Source: Octopus sinensis
Lineage: Eukaryota
Direction of reading: 5' to 3'
Assembly (NCBI RefSeq): GCF_006345805.1
Contig: NW_021833693.1
Span: 1-56,476 of the forward strand
DNA: 56,476 bases
A program made the position numbers and the translations under genes. A model generated the notes under the pieces. The model ran no database searches, was not told where the DNA came from, and saw only the letters and a list, made by a program, of their open reading frames with translations. Below are positions 11,347 to 21,573 of this stretch, piece by piece (the first letter of the stretch is position 1; the number at the start of each line of letters is the position of its first letter).

Positions 11347-14300
11347 ATGGCCAAGCTGGGCTGCCTAAACATACGTGGAATGGGGTCGAAATGGAAACAA
11401 ATTTGTTTCCTGAACGACCTCACGACACAAGGTATAGATGTTGCTATCGTAACCGAGTCCAAGATGAGCGAGACCCAAGCGTTCTCACCTCTTCTAAATG
11501 GTTTCGAGAAATTTATTTCTCCTAGCCGAGGAGGAGGAAGAGGCGTGGCAGTCTTCATCAGGAAGAGCTTGGACCTGCAGGTAAGTACTGTCTTTCTGGA
11601 CCCAGAAGGCAGGCTGGTTGTCCTGGATGTGACTCACGCAAGTAAACAGTCCTTCAGGTTGGTAGCTGTCTACGCCCCGAACGAGGGTAGACAGACGGGT
11701 TTCTTTCGAAGCCTGGAGCCCTTTCTGGCGACGTCGAAAACAGTAATACTAGTAGGGGACTTTAACACTGTCCTTGAAGCGCACATCGACAGTGTTGGCT
11801 CAACTAATAGGAAGGGGAATCCTAGCCTCAAGGTCTACTGGAGAGCTTTGATCTAGTGGACCGTTACCGACTGGATGAGCCGAGCGTTCCACAGTGGACG
11901 TGGAGAGTAACTACGACGGCTCACACAGATCGTACCTAGATAGGATAATTATAAAAAAAAGAGATAAGGATACGTTTAGTTGTCCACAATTTCATATTGT
12001 ACCTTACTCGGATCACAAGTTTGTGACGTGTGAGGTGCAATTAGACAAGTGTCATAGACAGGGACCCGGGTACTGGAAGCTGAACAAGGCTATTTTGAAT
12101 TGTGAAGACTTCCGTACCCGGATTAAGGAGTTAGTTCAGAGGGCATTGTGCGGCACCGTCATTAACAATAGATGGTGGCACGCCCTCAAAAGAGCCATTC
12201 GATTAGAGTCCGTTAGATTTAGCAATCAGATAAGGACAGATAGAGCTAGTCTAGAGGGCGATTTAGTTAAGAATCTAGACGAGGCAATGGAAGCTGGCTC
12301 TGCATCCGGAGTACTGGCGGCAAGGACGGTATTGTACCGACACCTTGACTCCAAACACGAAGGTTGCAGAGTCAGAGCTAAGCTGCGCGCCGGGAAACGA
12401 GAAGGTGTTAACGTAGCCGGATGGGCCCGTCGTGTGGAGAGTAAGAGAGGCAACAGAGCCTCAATAAAATCTTTGACTGGCGAACAGGGACAAAAGATCT
12501 ATGGACAGGAGGAGATGCAAAAGTTTCTTCACCAGCATTTCGCGCGCGCGTTCGGGGGTGGTGGCCCGCTGGACCGGGGGAGTGCCTTAAGGGACTTCCT
12601 GGCCGGCGGGCCGCGGCTCGCGGGGCGTGAGGGCGGCTGTGAAGGAGCGATCACTCCCGCGGAAATAAGGGAAGTGCTGGCCGAGTGCGCCGGGGAGAAA
12701 TCGCCGGGGCTGGATGGTCTGCCCTACGAGTTTTACCAAAATATGCCGGATTTGTTCGGGGGAATACTGGCAGGCGTCTACACGAACTGGCAGCAGAACG
12801 GGAGAATTCCCAGTTCTGTAAGCCGGGGAGTGGTGACGCTAATCCAGAAAGACCCGAGCAAAGGGGATATGATTAGTAACTACAGGCCCATAACTCTACT
12901 TAATGTAGAGTTAAAGATTTTGGCCAAGGTGTTAGCAAAAAGGTTGACGGTTGTCGTGGAGAAACTTGTAGGGAGAGCACAGACATGTGCAATTCCAGGC
13001 AGGTCGATCCAGGACAACTTCACCTTATACGCTACACCTTAGATAGGGTGGGTAAAGTAACCGGCAAAGGTGGGGGAATGGTCCACTTGGACCAAAGTAA
13101 AGCCTTCGATAGGGTAGACCATGGGTACCTGGCGGCGGTCCTCGAAGCGACCGGACTGGGTCCCGAATTCCGCGGGTGGATCTCCGCTATGTACAGCGGC
13201 ATCAAGTCCACCGTCCAGATAAACGGTTACCTAACAGAACCGTTTTCGATCGAATGTTCAGTACGTCAGGGGTGCCCCTTGTCACCACTTTTGTACGTAT
13301 TGGCTCTCGAGCCACTACTGCGAAGGTTGGAGAGGCTGGGGAGTAACTCAGATGGAATCGGAGGTGGGAGGTCGGTCACTGCCTATGCGGATGACATCAC
13401 CCTCATCGTGTCCAAGGAGGCCCAACTACCTGGTGTAGAGGAGGCTATCAGAGGATACGAGGCGGTGGCAGGAGCAAAGGTTAACAGGGACAAATCGTGG
13501 TCGGCTTGCGCCTCGGCACCTGGAGGAACAAGCCGATATTGTCCAGTGTTGTGGGACACTGGACGGATGGCCCTGTTAAGTTGCTGGGAGTCTGGTTTGG
13601 ACCGGACTCCCAAACGGAGAAGAACTGGAGCGAGGTGACGGCAAGGTGGAGGCCATAATACGGACCTGGTCCGGAAGGTCTCTGTCCTTGAAAGGAAGGG
13701 CGGAGGTGGCGCAGATGTTTATTGCATCCGTAATCACCTACCGCCTGACCGTCGTCCCTTGCCCCGACTCATGGCTTAACAAGTTGGAACGAGCCCTCTT
13801 CCGCTTTTTGTGGAAAGGAGGAAAGCCACTTGTGAGACGCTCCGTGTGCTGTCAAGAACCGTTAAAGGGTGGGTTAGGGATGCCTTGGTTAATGATGCGC
13901 AGACATGCGTTGAGACTAAGACATCTCTGGCACCACCTGGAAGGTGATAAGGTGTGGAGTCCGTTGGCAGAGGGATTTTTTCCGAGACCGGCCTCCTTAG
14001 TTAATTTTAAACCCGGTTACATCAGAAGATGCAATCTGACTCCATGGCAAAAGGAGTGCCGACAGGCACTCACGCTGATCCACAGGACGGGCAAGGCCGG
14101 CTGCGGAAATACCACCTCGGTATTTTATAGAGGGCTGGTAGAGGTAAAAATAAAAACGATGACGTCCTAGGAGGGGCTCTGGGGTTTGATGAAAACCAGC
14201 TTGCCAATCTGTTTAAGAAAACGTTCAGGTCGGGGTATTTGGATAATTTCCAAAGATCCCTGGCTTGGCAGTGCTACAGGAATGCTTTACCTGTTCGCGA

Positions 14301-14738
14301 AAAGTTATCACGGCACGGAGTTCCAGTGCCACCGACGTGTCAAAGATGCGGGCTGGACGATGAAACCGTTCAGCACGCTTTTTTCATTGTCGGAAGTTGA
14401 ACGACTTGATAAGTTACGCAGAACACGTGTTATCGCATCTGGGACGAGTACAGCTGTCGGCTGAGTCTATGATTAAGATGATACCGCCAACTGGACTCTC
14501 GAAGGAAGGTGAGGCATGTTTTCACTGCACGGTTGCAGTGGTAAAGGAATGCATGTGGAGAACGAGAATGGAAGGAACCGCGACAGGGTCATTTGTCTCC
14601 GGGCCCGGCTTGCTCACCTACTTCAGATATCATCTGAGAAGCAAGATGGGACTGGAGAGGAGGACCCTGCCGCGGGGAGTGTATGCGAATAGATGGAAGG
14701 AAGTGGAAAGAAAGGTGGGTACGAGAAGGCCAGCTTGA
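11347..14738 (+). CDS. Tx1 ORF2 (AP endonuclease, reverse transcriptase, CCHC domain), split by several frameshifts
   Basis: APE motifs LNIRG, VYAPN, GDFN, YLDRI and SDH; RT motifs KSPGLDG, YRPITLLN, DQSKAFDRV, RQGCPLSP and YADD; CQRCGLDDETVQHAFFHC read across about 14330-14395. Built from ORF pieces 11347-11856, 11894-13042, 12985-13638, 13646-14170 and 14397-14738. Confidence 0.9.
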
Positions 14739-14981
14739 CCATGGAGGAGAGAGAGGAAGTGGAAGCTGCAGGGCCTCAACAATTGCCGGGGTGTGAAAGC
14801 TCCAGTATAATCACAAAGGTCAGCTACAAGTGTTTGTAACACTAGTTACGCAAAAAACTATTACTTATAACGAATACAAACGAAACTTTTTTTAATCGAT
14901 TCTCTTAAATTTTCTTGTATGTATGTATGTCCTGTATTCGTCCTTTCTATGTATTAATTTTTATAATTGTAATAAAGAAAG

Positions 14982-14999
14982 TGTTGATCAGTTAGCTGT
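14982..14999 (+). repeat. Right target-site duplication (18 bp)
   Basis: TGTTGATCAGTTAGCTGT directly after the AATAAAGAAAG end of the element. Confidence 0.95.
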
Positions 15000-15043
15000 T
15001 CGGCTTAAGCGAGGCAAGGTCGTTTGTTATTTATAATACATTC

Positions 15044-15091
15044 AGGCCTGCTGATGATTACGTAAGTATGAAATCACTGTGATACAGGCCT
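15044..15091 (+). ncRNA. Type I hammerhead ribozyme
   Basis: Stem I AGGCCTG/CAGGCCT; core CTGATGA; stem II T-TAC-GTAA-GTA-T; GAA; stem III ATCAC-T-GTGAT; predicted cleavage after A15084 (AUA). Confidence 0.85.
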
Positions 15092-15242
15092 ATATATTTT
15101 TAAATGTCTTACTTTGAAAAATGCATTCGGTGGGATTAGTAATATTTTTGGTAGAAATGACTGATTGTCCCTCTTAGCGTTTGGCAGGTATATATAATGC
15201 CTCCTGGCATGTATGTATAATTATGCCCTCTATATATAAATA

Positions 15243-15281
<39 letters not shown>

Positions 15282-15310
15282 CATATATATCTATATATAT
15301 GTATAATATA

Positions 15311-15346
<36 letters not shown>

Positions 15347-15518
15347 TGTATGTATGTATGTATGTATAGAAGCTAGCTTCGTGAATCATCGAAGACACTT
15401 TCAAGATTCTTGTAAAAGTTTAATAAATACGTACTCTGTGCATCTGTGCAAAGAAATTATTCTTCAGTCTAATGTTAAATTGTTGTGATATTTTAACTCG
15501 ACATAAAAACATTAATAC

Positions 15519-15557
<39 letters not shown>

Positions 15558-16344
15558 CGTATGTATATCTATATAAAAATGAGTGTGTGGGAATGCATGT
15601 GTATGTATTTGTGTGTGTGTGTGCGTGTGTGTGCAGGCGTGCGCTTGTGTGGCTGTTGTGTTTGACGGCATGTATATTTTCCTGTACACAATATAAATCC
15701 TATGCTATTTTCTTGAAACTCCTCAGGTAGACCTGACGCCAATGTTTACCGGTTCTGCTATACGCTTCTGATTTTATCTGCGAGGTTCTACAGTGATCTT
15801 TGGTGTCTGGAGGTTTGCACAAAATTGTTGTTACAACATATTTTCTGGAAACCTGAAAGTTTCCCACCATTCCTGCCCGAATACATTCATCATCGTTGAT
15901 GCTCCTGCCTCGTCACTTAAAATAACTGTTTCATCAACAACCAGGCGCAAGACCACAGATTCATTAGGAAAACAAATTAGATGGGATGTTCACGGGTTCG
16001 CGCATGTCTCAAGGGTGTTAACGACATAGGTGAAGTGAAACATGTACAAGAGGGAATCAAGAGTCAGAAAAATGTTGTTCGCTAGATTTATCTTCCTATC
16101 TTTTCTCTTAAAATAATAACATGTAAAACGTTACCTTCAGAAAATGATGCATTACATTGTGGAGAGATGGGTGGTGTTTTAGATGAAGTATGAGTTGTTG
16201 TTGTTGTTGGTGGTGGTGCTGGTGCTGGTGGTGGTTAGTAGTGGTGGAGGTGGTATATTGAAAGGGGATTCGGGCTATTGAGAGCAGTATCCCTGGCGAT
16301 GTATGCAGAAGTGGAATATTAAGTGACATATACACACACCAAAC

Positions 16345-16450
16345 ATAATATAATGTAATATGATATAATATAATATAATATAATATAATATAATATAATA
16401 TAATATAATGTAATATAATTTGATATAATATAATATGATATAATATGATA
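16345..16450 (+). repeat. (ATAAT)n pentanucleotide tract
   Basis: Directly visible. Confidence 0.9.
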
Positions 16451-16579
16451 ATAATATGTGGTTATTCGAATTAATTTCAAGTATTTAAAAACTTTACTTA
16501 ATTCTTAGCAAAATGATTGCCTCGCTGCGATTTAGCTATGACCAAAGTATAATAAACAATATCAGAAACTATAATCAGG

Positions 16580-16610
<31 letters not shown>

Positions 16611-16827
16611 CATGTGTGTATGTATATGTATGTATATATATGTAGATATATATGTATATAAATATTTATATATATATATGTGTATATGTATATATACATA
16701 TATACATACACGCACACACGCATGCACACACACACACAGACACATGCACACACAGACGCACGCACACACAGACGCACGCACACACAGACGCACGCACACG
16801 CACACACACACACACACACACATATAT

Positions 16828-18390
16828 AAGTTAGATAATTCAGATATATTTCGACCAAAGATTGGGCCAGGCCATGTCTGACTTAATAGTACCAACTGAT
16901 AGGATTAACTAAATCCTTTTAAAGTCATGTTTTGTGGTATCATGGTCCATTCCAGTAGGTAGCTCTTGCCGAGTGAGTTGTATCCAGGTATGGGTGGCTT
17001 TTCTGGTGTTCCTTGAAGAAATTTGTCCAGATTCCGTTTAAAGGTGATGGGATTCTTTTCCTCTTTGATCTGTTTCGGGACAATGCTAAATAGAGCAGAG
17101 CTTGCTGAGGAAAAGAAATTGTTCTGCAGTGTATTTATGTGTTGTGATCCTGAATTGGGTAGGGGACGTATGGCCCGAGGTCCTAGCATTGGATAAATTT
17201 TGGAGCTAATGTTGAGGTCGTTTGGGCAATACTGGTTGTATATTCTCCACATCGTGCAAAGGATGTATCGCTCACAGCGGCGCTGGAGAGAATAATCGAG
17301 ATCAGTCATGCTCTTAATTCTTTTAGTGAATACCCTCTGGGGTGACTCTATTTTCGAAATGTCTTTTTTTTTGTATGGGAAGACCACAGGGGGCAGCAGT
17401 ATTCGAGGTGTTGCCATACAAAGGAGGAGAAAAGAGGAATGATAACATCTTGTTCTCTGGACTGGAAGGTTCTCAGGATGCAGGAGCTCATCCTACGACC
17501 TATATCTACCTTATTGTTGATGTGGGCACTCTAGCTGAGATTGTTGTCAACAATCACTCCTGATTTGTTTTTGTCTGACCTTTGACTCACAGTATGTAAA
17601 TCAGACTGGAGTTCATTTCGGTCTTCTTCTTCATTGATAATTTTCTGGAGTGAATATTTTTGACTTTGTTGTGTTTTATGACGCTGGAAAGGTCGTTTAT
17701 ATAGATTATAAAGAGAAGCAGGCCCAAGACAGTTCCCTGAGGGACACCACTGGTGATTTTTTCTGGGCTTCAGTGGATTCTACCGATCACAACATGTTGT
17801 GTTCTGTTCTCCGGGAAATACTCAATCCAGTGTAGAAGTTTCCACGGATTCCAACATTTGACAACTTTGACAGTAGGATATTATGGTCAACTCTGTCGAA
17901 TGTTTTACTGAAGTCAAGATATATGACATCAGAGTTCAAACCTGATCCCAAGGCCTTAAGGATATCATCGATGTGGTGTAAGAGCTGTGTTAGACAGTCT
18001 CTCCAGCAGCGAAAGCCATGCTGGTTTGAATTTAGGAGATTGTGGCTGTCCAGGAAACCAGCTTTCTTTGATTTCACCACCCTTTCAAACACTTTGATGA
18101 TATGCGAGGTTTGTGAGATTGGGTGATAGTAGACTGCGAGGGATCTGTTTCCCTGTTTGAAAACCGGGATAACAGACTGGGATAAGAGATGTTTCGGTAT
18201 ATAACCTGAGTCTAAAGAATTTACCCAGAGGTTGATCAGAGGGACTGCAAGTTGGTGTCTACATTTCTTCAGGAGACTAACGGAGAATCTATCAAGGCCT
18301 ACAGCAAAATAGTATTTGATCTTATTTATTGCTGCTATGATGTCTGAGGCAGTGAAGGTTATATCCGATATTTTATGTTGGGAATCAACT
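16828..18390 (-). mobile_element. Decayed, 5'-truncated CR1/L2-group LINE (RT and C-terminal region)
   Basis: VGLDRFSVSLLKKC; NSNQHGFR..DCLTQLL; DVIYLDFSKTFDRVDH; SGVPQGTVLGPLLF-like; DISKIESPQRVFTKRI; SLQRRCERY; FKRNLDKFL. Confidence 0.88.
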
Positions 18391-18492
18391 TACATGTGCG
18401 TGCGTGTGTGTGTGTGTATACCTTATCACAAATATATGTATATGTATCAATGCGTATGTTTGTGCATATTTTCTTAGTTCACTATGTTTTAT

Positions 18493-18576
18493 CTTTTACT
18501 TCTTTCAGTCATTAAACTGCGGTCATGCTGGGGCATCGCCTTAAATGATTTTTAGTCGAATGAATCGATCCCCGTA
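18493..18576 (-). mobile_element. SINE family A 3' end
   Basis: TTTCAGTCATT..CTGCGGTCATGCTGGGGCATCGCC. Confidence 0.65.
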
Positions 18577-19083
18577 CATACCGACAAAACTATAAAAGCT
18601 AATAAACCGGATATTATTATAAAAGATCAGACAAAAAGGTGTGTTTATTAATTGACATGAGTATTCCTTGCATAAATATAGCAGCGAAAGAATTTGACAA
18701 GATCAGTAAATATAAAGACTTGCTAATAGAAATTGAAAAAAAATGTGGCATCTCAAGGCGACTACAGTACCAGTGATTGTAGGATCTCTAGGAATGATAA
18801 AAAAAGGTACTGAAACCTATTTGAAAATGATACCAGGCTTACCATCCCTACAGGAATTGCAAAAAATCGTGTTAACTGGAACGACTCATGAACTGAGAAG
18901 AACATTATCGCTGTGAAAACAACATCCATTCATGAATTTATTTATTTATTACCTTTTTTTAATACATATTTTACCTGTGAATTTGCGCGTGTACTCTGGG
19001 AATGCATGCAATGAGCTTCTGTGCCCTAGGTGTACGGAAAACACCCGGCGAGAAATGGGAGAAAATTTGAAAAAGAAGGAAAA
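18577..19083 (+). mobile_element. R4/Dong-like REL-endonuclease LINE 3' end, copy 1
   Basis: TDKTIKANKPDIII..LLIDMSIP..KEFDKISKYKDL..PVIVGSLG..RRTLSL stop (PD..D..K restriction-like fold); followed by (CAA)n(TAA)n. Confidence 0.82.
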
Positions 19084-19118
19084 ACAACAACAACAACAAC
19101 AATAACAATAACAATAAC

Positions 19119-19172
<54 letters not shown>

Positions 19173-19173
19173 T

Positions 19174-19527
19174 AAGGAACTGAAAATTATTTAAGAATGC
19201 TCCCTTGCTTACCATCCATGCAAGAAGTGCAAAAGTGCAAAAGATTGCCTTAACTGGTAACTGGTCACACGTATTGAGAAGAGAGCATTGTCGCTGTAAA
19301 GTTTCTTTTCTTTCACCCCCTTTTAGTTTATTTGTTTCTTTTTCTGTTTTTTTTTTATTTTGTCCTTTTTCTGTCTTCCTCTTTTTCTCTGTCGCATGAC
19401 TCTGTAAAAGAACAGTCTAGTGTGCATGTTCTAATGGCCTACCAATGTATACAACACGTTTCTCTGCCCTAGGTGTCAGGAAGACACTCGGCAAGAAATG
19501 AAAACAGAACTGAAAGAAGATGCTAAT
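19174..19527 (+). mobile_element. R4/Dong-like LINE 3' end, copy 2
   Basis: KGTENYLRML..LPSMQEVQKIALTG..HVLRR.LSL stop; shares the 3' UTR motif GCCCTAGGTGT..ACAC.CGGC.AGAAATG with copy 1; (TAA)n on both sides. Confidence 0.75.
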
Positions 19528-19528
19528 G

Positions 19529-19579
<51 letters not shown>

Positions 19580-19879
19580 TATTACATAAAATGATATAGA
19601 ATGATTTACACGCTTGTGTTACACAGTCAGATGCACACATAGAGATATACACGCGCATCCACCACGCAAAAACGCTGAACAGCTTGTTATTTTTAGGTCT
19701 TCAGTAAATTGTACAGACTTCATTCTAATGAAGAAACGGGAAGACCTAATTAATTTTGGCTGATAATCCTAATTTAGTTTTTGGTTGTACTTAAATTATT
19801 TCATTCTGCACATGTTTACTATTTCTAGGTCACGAGTATTGTTGCTTATGCTTGTGTATGAATATGTATATATGCATAA

Positions 19880-19938
<59 letters not shown>

Positions 19939-20058
19939 CAAGTATATATTAAATATGTATAGCTACATATGCACATATATAATATACACACAAAAATATA
20001 TGTAGATGTACGTATCTATAAATATATATGTACATATGAATATATTTATTCATGTATG

Positions 20059-20113
<55 letters not shown>

Positions 20114-20218
20114 TATATATATATGACCTTCCAATGTCTTATTTCTTCAACTTTTCATTTTTTAATTGTTTAATAATGCACATAGAAACATGCATGTATG
20201 TGTGTGTGTGTGTATGCA

Positions 20219-20270
<52 letters not shown>

Positions 20271-21289
20271 TGCAGATATGCGTATGGGTATAGGTACATA
20301 AGCATGCGAGCCTATATAATAGTTAATATGCACATTTATATGTATATGTGTGCGCATGTGTCTATATCTATATACACATCTTTCTTTTTCTCTCTCCGAT
20401 TCATCAACCCCCTCCCCCAGTATCCCTTTAGCTAGTACAATAAATACCTACGTCTACTTTTAGAAACTTGACCATTATATCTTATTCTTCCCTTTCCTTT
20501 TGAGGTTTACTACTCACTTTAGTAATACCGTCCCCCCGCACCATTTCTTTACCTATTTCCCCACCTTAGTGCCTTTGAAACATATCACCCCACCTCTCAT
20601 TTCTCACACATATTCCTTTCTTACATTCTTATCTCTTCTTTCTATCCATCTCCCTATTCCTTTTATCTTGATGACTCTTCTCTCCCATCCTCCTCACAAT
20701 ATCTTGACCAACATCTAGCACTCCTTTTTCATTTTCTTTCCACTTTCTTTCTTTCTTCTTTCCTCCCCTGTTCCTTTTGACCAACATAATTTTCTTCCTA
20801 ACATTCAAATCTCTTCTCTTCTCTTTATCTACTTACCCCTACCAGTACACTCTCAAAATGTTACTCACACTACAAGATCCCTTTGAATGAACAGCACACG
20901 GAATCTATAACTCCATACTTTCCATTTGTCATAACAAAATATGAACTCTTATGGGAATTTACATAGCATGGACAGGAAGCATTTCTACCACTTCTACACA
21001 CCGCTTTCCTTGGATAATGGAACTGCAACTGTAACATCCTACATTTATTTTTACTTTTATTTTTATTCTCTTACTTCCCTTTATATTTCTTATTAGCATC
21101 CTTTTCCAAAATAACTCCTTCTATTGAACTTGACGTTGACGTAGGTCCTCACTGATCCCCTTCTTGGCCATAATGATTAGAAACTGAGAATGACCAGAAC
21201 ACTTTTCCTCTGTTTATACCTGACCCGACTCGAGGCTTCCGCCGAGGAAGAGTGGGCCATCATTCCAATCTTGTGGATACGTACAAGAA

Positions 21290-21573
21290 TCGTCTAAAAG
21301 CAGCCATGAAAAACAAAGGCCATGCTATTGACTATTAAAGAGAGATATTGGACTCAGTAAACCTAGGGTATGAGTAATTTTGAAGATGGCATTTTTTGAA
21401 AATCCATAAATAAAAAAACCCTGAAATGAAGAGTTTCTTGAATTGTGTATTGTTGTTATTCTTTCAGTTGTTGGTCATTCATAAGCAAACTTGACAAAAT
21501 GCATTCATTTCATCACAAAAATTAAAAATCATAAAAATTAACAAGGGTATGAATAATTTTGAGGACGACTGTA
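21290..21573 (+). mobile_element. Tc1-like transposon right end
   Basis: RLKAAMKNKGHAIDY stop; inner and outer direct repeats AGGGTATGA.TAATTTTGA; terminus GACGACTG followed by TA. Confidence 0.65.

Larger units (their letters stand above)
9700..14981 (+). mobile_element. Near-full-length Tx1/L1-clade non-LTR retrotransposon (5' UTR, ORF1, ORF2, 3' UTR)
   Basis: ORF1 with zinc knuckle; ORF2 with APE, RT and C-terminal CCHC; AATAAA at 14971-14976; flanked by identical 18-mers TGTTGATCAGTTAGCTGT at 9682-9699 and 14982-14999. Confidence 0.93.
8833..15240. mobile_element. 481-bp HHR-bearing repeat (pLTR/retrozyme-like): about 1.27 units on the minus strand (8833-9440) plus one inverted unit (about 9444-15240) interrupted by Tx1
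   Basis: ATTTTGCAATTAAGGAC recurs at 8833 and 9314 (period 481). 9451-9699 plus 15000-15240 is the reverse complement of the unit. Both outer ends abut (TA)n. Confidence 0.88.

Noticed and set aside
12226-13613. Antisense ORFs within the Tx1 element
   Set aside because: Short shadows of the GC-rich coding strand with no independent evidence.
15729-16030. Possible exon after a polypyrimidine-CAG acceptor
   Set aside because: All three plus-strand frames contain stops and I recognise no protein similarity.
20400-21250. Pyrimidine-rich segment resembling a PLE or LINE 3' region
   Set aside because: No translatable motif or complete ribozyme found; left unclassified.
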